Positions 15,983 to 25,383 of a stretch of DNA of 39,861 nt are shown here, piece by piece. A program made the position numbers and the translations under genes. Origin of the DNA: an uncultured Candidatus Saccharibacteria bacterium (GTDB lineage Bacteria > Patescibacteriota > Minisyncoccia > Minisyncoccales > RBG-13-42-11). The notes under the pieces were generated by a model. That model ran no database searches and had not been told where the DNA came from. It was given only the letters and a program-made list of their open reading frames with translations. Numbering within the stretch: the first letter of the stretch is position 1; every line of letters begins with the position of its first letter. The stretch lies in the NCBI GenBank assembly GCA_964515885.1, contig CAZEZZ010000001.1:1-39861 (forward strand), written 5' to 3'.

Positions 15983-18963
15983 TCCGTTGGCCTCTCTGTT
16001 AAGTTCTCGTAAAGTACGCTTATACCTGTAATAGCACACTGTTCTTGTGGAACCCTGTGTGTTAATTCTAGGTAGATTACACTACCTCTGTGATGTTCTC
16101 CGTCAGCTAAGAATAACCATTTGTCTTTTACTCTCTTACTGCCCCAGATAACACCCCATTTCTTGCCCCAATATTCTAAGTCCAAATCATTAAACAGGAC
16201 TTCTCTAGCTGTAGTGTCCAAGTCTGTGTATGTCTTGGCTATCATGTTCTTAATATTAGTCTCGTCATTATCGAAAAACACCTGGAACTTCCTGAACTGC
16301 TTACCGTATTCTGGGGACCCACAATGTATCTGTTGGTATTTTAATGTACTGACTATACCTGGACGGATAATAGCCGCAGCAGCAGTTAGGTTATTTACAT
16401 TAGATAACACCCATTCAGTACCACTTGATTTTTCAATTATTGTTTTAGTATAGGCACCCTGTATTAAATTACTCTCAATAGGGACATCTATAGCAACGGC
16501 CAGCGTAACTGTATTGGTAGCTACATCAATAGCTGATATTATAACATCAATATCTGGTGTAGCATGGTCAGTTACAGCAAAGGCTTTTCTTTCTTTTAAT
16601 AGCTCCTTACCTGTTAATGGGGCTGTGTATAGTAAGTTGTCTATGACTCTACCATCACGGATGTTAGTATCATTAGTATAGATACCATGTTCTCTGTCAC
16701 TCCAACTTCTAGTGTATGTATTAAATGTATGTACTATGTCATTGTCAGTAGATGCAGTTGTGTTATGTGTAGAACAGTAGTAGGTCTTGTCAGATTCGTA
16801 AAACCATGCTGCCCCGTCTTCTTCGTAATTTGCATTTAACGATGGCTGTAAATCTTTGAACTCATTATCACGTCCTATAATCTCAATACCTGCGTCACTT
16901 ATCTGTACATACCCAAGGTTAGTCATCATAAATATAGCGTTCTCACCCTTCTGTATAGAGTTACGCTGTGTACACTCTAGCGTACCGTCGAACTCTGTAA
17001 CAACCCAATCACTTGGGGTCTCACCAGTCATTCTGTATATTCCATCTTCTTGTTTAATAATAAAAACACTGTCTCTTAATCCTATTACTTTTAGGATAGG
17101 GTCACCCTTATTACCAACAGCTTTGAAATTAACCGTAGGTACCGCCTCGGCTTGTCCTTGTTTAGACCACATTATTGCGTTTTGTAAGTCGCTGTTTGTT
17201 GAACTATAGTCTGTACCTGCTATTGGAATTACAGGGCTAAAGCAACTACCAGTTGCAACGCTGTCAACTATTAGATAAAAAACTGCATCACCTAATGCCT
17301 TGGATACTAACTCCATCTTTCCCGACGGGTCAGTTGCACCACTGGTATAGAATACATCTATTATAGTATTCCCTGATGCTAGGTTTAATGTTCTAACAAT
17401 AGACCTTGCTGTTCTGTCTATGTTCTGTGCATCTGTACCGCTTGTGTTTCTTATAGCTCTTGGTGTTACACCTATATCTTCGTAGAAATTAGCAGTTGCA
17501 GTACTGTTACCAACAAACGCTACGTTTATATCAAATGTAGTTGCCGCTGGTGTGGCTAATACTGCATGTACACCGTTAGCTGCCGTAGTACCAGTATCAT
17601 CGTATATCAGTACATAATCAGCAGTTGTTAGACCGTGTGTGGCTGTAGTTGTGTACCTTACTAACCCTGCACCGTTATCTGCACTACTAGCTATACCGTA
17701 TCCACGATTTAGAATATTACTTAGTGTACCACCACCTGTATGGGCGTTTACATAAGCAGATGCCTGTAAGTCAACATTAAGGTCGTCAATTCTTGTTACA
17801 ATCCATCCACCGTTAGCTTCTACTGTACCAGTAACATCAATTACTGTAGTATAGTCACCAGTAATCAACCCATGTGCTGCCGTTGTAGTCACCCTACATA
17901 GCCCTGCACCATTGTTAGCAACATTACCAACTGTAGCAGTCTTCTCATCAAAGAATCCTAATACAATAGTTGTCGTAGCGTTACTTACTGTTAAAGTGCT
18001 AGTACCACCTGTTATATTTGTAACACTTATTAAATTCGTATATAGTCTTTCTAGTCCTTCGACATTACCGTAAATCATATACTCTTTATATTTGCCCATT
18101 GTCGTCGCTAATGGAGGTCTGTCGTTTTGCTGTAATATCCCTTCCTGTGTGATGTTTGTATATAAACTAGCACCCCTAAATCCTTCAGGTAGAATATCAT
18201 TAACTGTCAACATCCCTGCAACAACTTCCGCTGCTGTTGGGTTGTCTTCATATACTAACTGCAAGTCCTCTGGTGGCGTTCCATTCACCATTGTTGACCT
18301 GTATAGTCCATATTTATAATTAACTGTAGTTTCAGTTGGTATCTGTATCTTTAGTTCTACAGCCCTATCCGCACCTGCATTATTTGTAACCTCTATCCTT
18401 TCACTTGGAGCACCAGTTATAAGATTCTCGTTAGCATCCTCGTAACTCCATACAATACGATATGCAACTGTGTATAAGTTTGTTAGCCAATTTATGTCAT
18501 CTATTATTCTTAAATCAAAACCTAATGCCTTCTGTATACCTGCGTATCTGGCTGCACCTGCTACAGCGTCTAATTTCTGTATACCTGCTGATGTTGTTAT
18601 ATACCAGTTTGATGCGAATTGAGTGTCTTCAATTCTAAAATTAGCATCAGGAGCATTGAAATCAACACCTGCTGATACATCAACTATCTGTGCAAATATC
18701 CCACCTGCTCCAGTATCTCTATATAATGTATTATTAGAAAAATGCAGTATTGGCAAATCGCCGTAATCTAGTATTGTGTTAATATTGAAATCAGGTAACG
18801 TAGTTAAATCAACGTATGTATCTCTACCACGAGGGATTCTGTAAACATTGTCTCTGGCAGTCTCCCAATTCTTACATACTATAGCTGTGCCTATTGGTAA
18901 TGTAATAGGATTACCATTAACCATTCTGCCTATCTTTTCATTAAACACCCTGTGTTCAGCCAT
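15979..18963 (-). CDS. large tail protein (nozzle/tubular-B-like candidate)
   Basis: 994 aa, beta-rich, following a 301-aa protein as in podovirus tubular A/B pairs. Contains an internal tandem duplication of a roughly 65-aa ...NGAGL.R.TTTA.HGL... module. Confidence 0.5.
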   Translation of the reverse strand: MAEHRVFNEKIGRMVNGNPITLPIGTAIVCKNWETARDNVYRIPRGRDTYVDLTTLPDFNINTILDYGDLPILHFSNNTLYRDTGAGGIFAQIVDVSAGVDFNAPDANFRIEDTQFASNWYITTSAGIQKLDAVAGAARYAGIQKALGFDLRIIDDINWLTNLYTVAYRIVWSYEDANENLITGAPSERIEVTNNAGADRAVELKIQIPTETTVNYKYGLYRSTMVNGTPPEDLQLVYEDNPTAAEVVAGMLTVNDILPEGFRGASLYTNITQEGILQQNDRPPLATTMGKYKEYMIYGNVEGLERLYTNLISVTNITGGTSTLTVSNATTTIVLGFFDEKTATVGNVANNGAGLCRVTTTAAHGLITGDYTTVIDVTGTVEANGGWIVTRIDDLNVDLQASAYVNAHTGGGTLSNILNRGYGIASSADNGAGLVRYTTTATHGLTTADYVLIYDDTGTTAANGVHAVLATPAATTFDINVAFVGNSTATANFYEDIGVTPRAIRNTSGTDAQNIDRTARSIVRTLNLASGNTIIDVFYTSGATDPSGKMELVSKALGDAVFYLIVDSVATGSCFSPVIPIAGTDYSSTNSDLQNAIMWSKQGQAEAVPTVNFKAVGNKGDPILKVIGLRDSVFIIKQEDGIYRMTGETPSDWVVTEFDGTLECTQRNSIQKGENAIFMMTNLGYVQISDAGIEIIGRDNEFKDLQPSLNANYEEDGAAWFYESDKTYYCSTHNTTASTDNDIVHTFNTYTRSWSDREHGIYTNDTNIRDGRVIDNLLYTAPLTGKELLKERKAFAVTDHATPDIDVIISAIDVATNTVTLAVAIDVPIESNLIQGAYTKTIIEKSSGTEWVLSNVNNLTAAAAIIRPGIVSTLKYQQIHCGSPEYGKQFRKFQVFFDNDETNIKNMIAKTYTDLDTTAREVLFNDLDLEYWGKKWGVIWGSKRVKDKWLFLADGEHHRGSVIYLELTHRVPQEQCAITGISVLYENLTERPTD

Positions 18964-18970
18964 CTTACCC

Positions 18971-19876
18971 TCATCTTCGTTGTAGATTTAGTATATAAGA
19001 CCTTGGTACTATTTTCTTTGGAGAACCTTTACTTCTATTCTCTGTAACCCTACGCATTGTTGTTAGCATAGCACTTAGTTCCTGTGTTGCAGTCTGGTAG
19101 TTCTGAGCATCTCCAGAAGCAGCTAGAAGTTTAACAACTCCAGCTTGTACCAACAATGGATGAAATTCCGATGGGAAATGCGGTACTGGAGAATATCCAG
19201 TCTGTGCAACCCAATCACCAGCTACTGGTGCTCTATCAAATCCAGCTATTGCTACCGTTACATCAGTACCAGCTACAGTATTTGCTACATCAGATTGGAT
19301 TATCTCGTAAGGGTTCTTGCCGTTTATTATATCAGTGTTGTTAGTTGGTAGACCTAATGGTGCAACATCACAACTTAAAACATAATCCGTTCCAAGAGTA
19401 GCAACTGCTGTTATCAAACCACAACTAGCAACTTCTCTCAGAAGATTTATAATCCTAGAATAGTAAATCTTTATCGTACCTGTTGGAGCTGTCCCCATAT
19501 CAGGATATACTATAAAATTTGCACCCTCTAGGTAAAAACCCTCTGGACTGTTACTTGTACCCGTAACAGATTCATTCGCCCTAGTTCTTCTGTATAGTCT
19601 TGTTTCGTTACCAGAAGTATCGACAAAATATATCCTATCAATAACCCAAGCAGAAGCCTTTTCAGGTAAGTGGTACTGGTCTTGACTGGCAACCAATGTT
19701 ATTGAGTGCTGGTCAGTAAAGTACTCTTCATTTGCAACTATTAACTCAGTCTGAGCTAACCATTGTATCTGCTCGTTTAGTATTGCTAGAATATCAGTAT
19801 CGGTGAATTTCCGTGTACTGGATGGCATTAAAGTATTACGTTTAATAGCATCTACTAGAGTAGTTGTATTATACAC
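18971..19876 (-). CDS. tail/adaptor protein candidate (tubular-A-like position)
   Basis: GTG start after GAGGAATAATTA, overlapping the upstream stop (TAGTG). 301 aa. Called from position only. Confidence 0.4.
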   Translation of the reverse strand: MYNTTTLVDAIKRNTLMPSSTRKFTDTDILAILNEQIQWLAQTELIVANEEYFTDQHSITLVASQDQYHLPEKASAWVIDRIYFVDTSGNETRLYRRTRANESVTGTSNSPEGFYLEGANFIVYPDMGTAPTGTIKIYYSRIINLLREVASCGLITAVATLGTDYVLSCDVAPLGLPTNNTDIINGKNPYEIIQSDVANTVAGTDVTVAIAGFDRAPVAGDWVAQTGYSPVPHFPSEFHPLLVQAGVVKLLAASGDAQNYQTATQELSAMLTTMRRVTENRSKGSPKKIVPRSYILNLQRR

Positions 19877-20172
19877 TAATTATTCCTCTTTTTATTTCTA
19901 CCCGCTCTTGACATAGATTTTATCACCGGGCCTGTCTCCGCTGTTGTGCAATTAGGGTCGTTCTTATCAACTATCCCGCAGTATTCTGATGCGTCTAGTT
20001 CATAACCCTTATTGTTTTTGTTCTCTTTAGCCACGGCCTTATCTAATTTATCTGATTTAGTCTCTTCCTTCTTAGCCCACGGTGACTGACCTTTTAATTG
20101 TGGTACACGATAATTCTTGTTAAGGTAACTTAATAGTCCCTCTATAGCTTTAATCTCAGTTTTTTTATCCAC
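19876..20172 (-). CDS. hypothetical basic protein with a Cys-loop motif
   Basis: GTG start after AGGGGGA. 98 aa. It contains KGYELDASEYCGIVDKNDPNCT, which is shared with the early gene at 31739-31894. Confidence 0.5.
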   Translation of the reverse strand: MDKKTEIKAIEGLLSYLNKNYRVPQLKGQSPWAKKEETKSDKLDKAVAKENKNNKGYELDASEYCGIVDKNDPNCTTAETGPVIKSMSRAGRNKKRNN

Positions 20173-20184
20173 AAGTCCCCCTTT

Positions 20185-20568
20185 TTATGCTAGTTCCCAA
20201 ATTAATGTACCATCAGCACCTTCAGTTAAACGAAGTGCTATATACCTTGGTGTTACAGAATAGTCCGCTGCAAATGTATAGTGTGTAGTTGTTCCAGCTG
20301 CACCATCACTTGATTGAACAGTTACATTAAAACCTGATGTATCAACAGAGCATTTTATGATTATCGTAGGTTGCATGTTCTTCTCTACACGGTATTGTGA
20401 ATACCTTGTAGCGTCGTACTCTCTTATTGTAAGAGCGTATGCTGCGGTTGCTGTTGAAATATCCCATGTTACAAGATTACCCTCTGCTGTTGTTGCTTCA
20501 ACAATGTCAGTTCTAGCCTGTGTCTCTCCATGAAAAGTCTTACCATCTATTGCGTATGAGTTTCCCAT
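20185..20568 (-). CDS. hypothetical beta-rich virion-module protein
   Basis: GGGAGG SD and TAATG coupling. 127 aa. Confidence 0.55.
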   Translation of the reverse strand: MGNSYAIDGKTFHGETQARTDIVEATTAEGNLVTWDISTATAAYALTIREYDATRYSQYRVEKNMQPTIIIKCSVDTSGFNVTVQSSDGAAGTTTHYTFAADYSVTPRYIALRLTEGADGTLIWELA

Positions 20569-20774
20569 TACCTACCTCCCTTTTTCTTTATGACCTTTTT
20601 AACTTCTTTTTTAATAGTAACCACTTTTTTTACTGGTTCAACTATTTCAATCTTTACTTCTTCTTTAACTTCTTCCTTTGGTTCTGGTATGTTAAATTCT
20701 TCTCTTAATTTAGCAGTGCATACCTTTGTGTTCTGTCCATACTCTCTTACGATTTCAAATAATTTATCTTCCAT
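20568..20774 (-). CDS. K/E-rich small protein
   Basis: 68 aa with KEEVKEEVKIEIVEPVKKVV... low-complexity sequence. AAGGAGGAATAAC SD. Confidence 0.5.
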   Translation of the reverse strand: MEDKLFEIVREYGQNTKVCTAKLREEFNIPEPKEEVKEEVKIEIVEPVKKVVTIKKEVKKVIKKKGGR

Positions 20775-20775
20775 G

Positions 20776-21129
20776 TTATTCCTCCTTCATATTTATAGCA
20801 GTAAAAGCTAAATCTGGATTTTCTTCTGCTACAGCGTCTAACGCTATATCTATCATCTTCTTTGCGACTAACTTTTCAACCTGATACTTTTTATATTCTG
20901 GTTCTTTTGTTATATCTGTCTGCTGAACTATACCTTGTGCATCTAATGTATAGTTATACGCACCGCTTTTGTGTAATACGGTTAAAGTTTCTATATCTAT
21001 ACCATCAGCAAAACTTTTAATTGTTACCAGTTTATCAGGGTGTTCAGAATTACCAAAAGAATAATCATCACTATGAAAACCTTGTATTTTGTCTGTATCT
21101 TTTATTATTGATGCTAACATATTAAACAC
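20776..21129 (-). CDS. hypothetical virion-module protein
   Basis: 117 aa. The start overlaps the upstream gene end by 8 nt. Confidence 0.55.
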   Translation of the reverse strand: MFNMLASIIKDTDKIQGFHSDDYSFGNSEHPDKLVTIKSFADGIDIETLTVLHKSGAYNYTLDAQGIVQQTDITKEPEYKKYQVEKLVAKKMIDIALDAVAEENPDLAFTAINMKEE

Positions 21130-21508
21130 CTCGTTTTATAATTTGAAAATGTCCAAGACCCTCAGCCCTTATTTCTGTAGCAGTACCACCATTATACATG
21201 GCTTGTAGCGTGATAATATCAGCAGCCTTTAATGGGACAGCAAAAATAACATGACGAACACCTACAGTACCTGTACCACCAGCTAAAAAACTTTCGCTAT
21301 TTATCCCACCTAAAATATTTCCACCTTTAGCCATTCTTGTCAAAGTTGTGTCACCGTCTGTGTTTTGGTATGTATTACAAGAACAGTTTATATCATAAAT
21401 ACCGTCCTCTAAAACAGTTATAGAATACCCTGTTACATTAGCATAGGCGTTTGTTGTAGTATAAGATGCGGCTTGTAAAATTTGTTGAACTAAGTTTCTT
21501 TTCTGCAT
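21122..21508 (-). CDS. hypothetical beta-rich protein (jelly-roll-like guess)
   Basis: 128 aa. It starts directly after the stop of the 535-aa gene. Confidence 0.5.
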   Translation of the reverse strand: MQKRNLVQQILQAASYTTTNAYANVTGYSITVLEDGIYDINCSCNTYQNTDGDTTLTRMAKGGNILGGINSESFLAGGTGTVGVRHVIFAVPLKAADIITLQAMYNGGTATEIRAEGLGHFQIIKRGV

Positions 21509-23116
21509 TTATAATCTCCCCAAAAGTTTGTAATAGTCGGTTGAACGTCTAGTACCACCTGATATTAAAACTCTTGTAGCGTCTCGTTGTACCTCGTCAC
21601 ACCAGACCTGGCTTACTGCACCTGCAACCGATGGTTTCATAAATGCGTCTATTGAGCAGTCAACACTCTGTAGAACTGTTGGTAGAGCGATACTTGTAGC
21701 TCCTATTCTCCGCAATTCTAAATCAGTTAATACAGCCTCGTAAACAAAACATTCGTCAGCTTCTGTAGCTGCCAATTCTAATGTTCCATCAGCTATACAC
21801 CCTACCCATATACTCTTATTGGCTTGTAGGTCTAAATTGGTCGTAGCTATGAATTGATTTTCGCATTTAAAATTTACATAACAATATGCCATTGAGGTTG
21901 CCTGATTATATACCAACGCTAAATGGTTCCATGCAGCTCCAGCGACATAACTAGAACTTAAACCAGTGATATTGGCTACATCAAAAACGGCATAACCATT
22001 AGCATCTAAATATATCTGAACCTTCTGTGCTGCTGCGTTTGTACCAACAGCTATATAACCTGCGGATACCGCACTATTAAACCACCCACCGATACTTACG
22101 TTTAAATCACCGTTACCTGTCCACCCTGCCGTTGCGTCAGCTTGTAGATGCTCACCTGCTCCTACTGGCACATAGGCTGTTGTAGCAACACCCATTATCC
22201 CCGTAGCTGCTGCGTAAACATCGCCATCACTTAAGTCATTTGTGTTGGCACTTAAATCCACGTTGTCAGCAAGATTATAAACTGCGATTATCCTGGCAGC
22301 GGTATCAAAGTCAGTTAATATTAAATCGTGTGAGGCGTATTGCTGTAAAGCATCGCCCACTGCGCCAACTACCGTATAGTCCTGTATCTCGGCACTACCA
22401 ACTATGTCTAGCGTATTGCCAGCCTTGTCTATTGTATAACTATCAGTACCAGCATTTAAAATTACATCACCAGTATCTGAGTCAAGAGTTAAATCATCTC
22501 CTGCTCCAGTGACTGTGATTTCTAAATTACCAGTAGTTTGTTCAATAACCCCGTTCTCAATTTCAATCAGGGCATCAAGTATTACTCGCCCCGTCCCGTT
22601 AGGGGTAATATATATATCACCATCATTTCCTGTGGTGCTTATTGTTAAATCTGGGTCAGCTACATCGTTATGTTTAATCTCGTGTGCCCAAACATCCTTC
22701 CACTCTATAGCATCACTGCCAAGGTCGTCGGTATTGTCTGTATCACTTATTAACGATGTGTTTATTGCTACAGTTAAAAGATTACTAAGTGCTGTATTGG
22801 CGTTTGTGACAGTTTCGAAATCACCCCAGTTACCACCACTTTCCTTGTATTGTAGCTGGCCGTTAGACGACCTGAATCCTGCGCTTGCGTCTCCGTCTGT
22901 ACCGTCACCATCACTACCATATAAGATAGTCTGGTTAACAGCAGCATTGGATGTACCTCTATCAACTCGTGCAATACGACCTGTCTCTATAAACATTGAT
23001 ACATTTACATAAGATGCAATAGCATTTAAAAACTGCGTACTATATACGCCATAATCCTCGTCTTGGTCCTCTGGGACTGTATAAGCTACACCTCGGACAG
23101 TTACAGCTAATGACAT
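21509..23116 (-). CDS. fibre/appendage protein (possible C-terminal LamG/concanavalin-like domain)
   Basis: 535 aa. It has D/T/G-rich fibre-like repeats, and the C-terminal ...AWNHLALVYNQATSMAYCYVN... resembles LamG-type jelly rolls. It lies directly downstream of the capsid gene terminator. Confidence 0.45.
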   Translation of the reverse strand: MSLAVTVRGVAYTVPEDQDEDYGVYSTQFLNAIASYVNVSMFIETGRIARVDRGTSNAAVNQTILYGSDGDGTDGDASAGFRSSNGQLQYKESGGNWGDFETVTNANTALSNLLTVAINTSLISDTDNTDDLGSDAIEWKDVWAHEIKHNDVADPDLTISTTGNDGDIYITPNGTGRVILDALIEIENGVIEQTTGNLEITVTGAGDDLTLDSDTGDVILNAGTDSYTIDKAGNTLDIVGSAEIQDYTVVGAVGDALQQYASHDLILTDFDTAARIIAVYNLADNVDLSANTNDLSDGDVYAAATGIMGVATTAYVPVGAGEHLQADATAGWTGNGDLNVSIGGWFNSAVSAGYIAVGTNAAAQKVQIYLDANGYAVFDVANITGLSSSYVAGAAWNHLALVYNQATSMAYCYVNFKCENQFIATTNLDLQANKSIWVGCIADGTLELAATEADECFVYEAVLTDLELRRIGATSIALPTVLQSVDCSIDAFMKPSVAGAVSQVWCDEVQRDATRVLISGGTRRSTDYYKLLGRL

Positions 23117-23127
23117 TATTATCCTCC

Positions 23128-23155
23128 AAAAAGGGCGGGAGCTTGCACCCCCGCC
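23128..23155 (-). terminator. intrinsic terminator after the major capsid gene
   Basis: On the minus strand GGCGGG-(10 nt)-CCCGCC is followed by CTTTTT, then GGAGGA and the next ATG. This is the usual layout for boosting capsid mRNA relative to downstream genes. Confidence 0.65.
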
Positions 23156-23163
23156 ACATTTAT

Positions 23164-24396
23164 TTAGCTATTTACTATACCTGTCATCAATACAAGCTGA
23201 CTCATATAGTCAGTTGCAATCGCAGCGTTCCAGTAAATTCTACTTTCGTAACCTTCGTTGTTCTCCATCTGTCTTAGATATTCTCCGCCTTTCTTTAGGC
23301 CAAACTTAGGAACAGTTACTGCACCTAGTTTCTCAAATGATTCGGAAACTCTAGGCATAATAAAACCCTGTCCTTCCTTCATCATTTTATGAGCAATTAT
23401 CCTAGCTGTACCAGCATTGGTGAAAAACTTTAGAACTTCATGTCCATTCTCGAAGCTATTCTCTTTATAAGAATAATCAGTAGTTCTGATTGCTGCTGCG
23501 TCCTGGTTTAAGTTGTTCCAAGCTCTAGGGTTTATAATTACGTCAAATTCGCTAGTATCATCACCTAGTCCACGGTTATAACCCTGTGTTACGGCTGCGA
23601 AAAGTTTATTAAAACTTAATGCTCCAGCGACATCATAAGCTGCACCTGGTCTCCACAAGTTATAAGTTGTAGAGTTTATACCAAATATTGTACCAGTTGT
23701 GTTTCTGAACATAACGTCCATACCTATCATCTGATTAGCGCTTCCTGAGTTATAGATTATGTCTCCAGCAACACAACCAATAGTCGTAAGGTCGATGTCA
23801 TAAGTAACAGTCCTTGCTTCTATTGCGTAATCTGTAACTATAGCTGTTCCTCTTAGAACTCCTGCTGCACTATAGAAATAATCCTTTCTGCCTTCAGCTC
23901 CCCACCATAGACCTGGAGCGTAAGTTTCAGTTGTTATTGTAGCAGTAGTAGTAGCTATAACACCTGTTATACCTATACCACCTGTTGACTGACCCCAAAG
24001 AATGTCCTGCTCCATCTGAGCATAAGCTGTTTTCATAGCGTTCTTTGTCTGTTTCTTAGTAAGAGCTACGAATACTTCCTTACCTTCACTTGACCTTTCG
24101 ATAGCTTCTGTTGAGTAAGCAACCCTTAGTGAAAACTGATACGGTTGGTATGTTGCATACTTTATCGCACCAGCACTAGGACTTTCTAGCGCATAAGCTG
24201 TTGAATTAGGCGGAGCCTTCGTGTAGCCCTGCTCACTTGTTAGTGTCTGTGGGACTTTATAGTCTCCACCTGTTGATGTTCCCTTTCCTGATGGGATGTC
24301 CTTACAAAGGTATCTACCATCGGGTGTCTTGTCTTTCAAATCGCCATAAACATCTTTAAAAATGCCACTGGCGGTTGTTAGAGTATTTTCAGCCAT
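23164..24396 (-). CDS. major capsid protein
   Basis: 410 aa, immediately after the scaffold-like gene and followed by a strong terminator. AAGGAGGA SD. Called from size and position; the fold was not verified. Confidence 0.7.
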   Translation of the reverse strand: MAENTLTTASGIFKDVYGDLKDKTPDGRYLCKDIPSGKGTSTGGDYKVPQTLTSEQGYTKAPPNSTAYALESPSAGAIKYATYQPYQFSLRVAYSTEAIERSSEGKEVFVALTKKQTKNAMKTAYAQMEQDILWGQSTGGIGITGVIATTTATITTETYAPGLWWGAEGRKDYFYSAAGVLRGTAIVTDYAIEARTVTYDIDLTTIGCVAGDIIYNSGSANQMIGMDVMFRNTTGTIFGINSTTYNLWRPGAAYDVAGALSFNKLFAAVTQGYNRGLGDDTSEFDVIINPRAWNNLNQDAAAIRTTDYSYKENSFENGHEVLKFFTNAGTARIIAHKMMKEGQGFIMPRVSESFEKLGAVTVPKFGLKKGGEYLRQMENNEGYESRIYWNAAIATDYMSQLVLMTGIVNS

Positions 24397-24408
24397 TTCA
24401 TGTCCTCC

Positions 24409-25383
24409 TTATAAATTTTTAAAAAACTCGTTCAATCCTTCTTCTTTCTTCTTCTTTTCAGGTTGAGATTCTGTGGACGGCTTTAGACTGTTTGAAGTTG
24501 GTATAGCTTCTAGCCCTGCTGTCTCATCTGAACCCACCCTTACTGCCTTTGCAACATTTTCAGGTACGACTTTTCTGATTTGGTCGTCAGACATCTTACC
24601 GAACATTGTGTAAACATATTCCTTTAAATCCTTCTCGGCATGACTTACCGCCTGGTCTGGCGTTACGTCAATGTCGTTATGCTTTGCGACCATCATATAA
24701 TATAAAGCATTTTGCATTATATCTAATCTGGTCTGCTCGCTTCCTTCTGTATAACCCTTTTCTTTTAGAGCTGTGATTATATCTGTTGAATATTTCTCCT
24801 GTAATCGTGATACCTCTGCGTTATATTCAGTAGTAGTCTTTAGCTCTGCTTCTTTCTTTTGATTCGCTTCCCACTTAGCCTTTTCGCTTCTTAGGTTTTC
24901 TAACTCCAGCTGCTCTTCGGTCATTTCACTTCTTGCAACTGCCTTCTCTAGTAATTCCTGAGCATACTCCGCATCTGCACTCTCTGGTATTCCTGCAAGT
25001 CTACGATACTCATTGTACTTCCTAGGGTCAGCAAGAATATCATCTACGAATATCTTGGTCTTCTCCTCTAGGTCTTTTAACTTCTTCTCCTGAGCCTTAA
25101 CACCATCTAGCTTCATGTCGGCTGCGGTGTCTTTAGAATACGTCCTTACAATCTCTTCTAAATTTCTAGTTGTGGGTACACCATTTATCTTCATTGATAA
25201 CGATGGCTTTCCGTCTTCCATTATAACTTCTGAACCTTCAGGTAGTCCACCTACCAGTGACGTAAAACTTGCAATTAAACTCTCGTCACTCTCTGTCGCT
25301 CCATCTACTACTACTTCTTCCGTCTCTACTGGTTCTGTTACTACTTCTTCTGTTCCCTCAATTACTGTTGTTTCTTCACTCAT
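24409..25383 (-). CDS. scaffolding protein
   Basis: 324 aa, very acidic N-terminus (EETTVIEGTEEVVTEPVETEE), long charged helical body. Lies between portal and capsid, with ATGA overlap to the portal stop. Confidence 0.65.
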   Translation of the reverse strand: MSEETTVIEGTEEVVTEPVETEEVVVDGATESDESLIASFTSLVGGLPEGSEVIMEDGKPSLSMKINGVPTTRNLEEIVRTYSKDTAADMKLDGVKAQEKKLKDLEEKTKIFVDDILADPRKYNEYRRLAGIPESADAEYAQELLEKAVARSEMTEEQLELENLRSEKAKWEANQKKEAELKTTTEYNAEVSRLQEKYSTDIITALKEKGYTEGSEQTRLDIMQNALYYMMVAKHNDIDVTPDQAVSHAEKDLKEYVYTMFGKMSDDQIRKVVPENVAKAVRVGSDETAGLEAIPTSNSLKPSTESQPEKKKKEEGLNEFFKNL

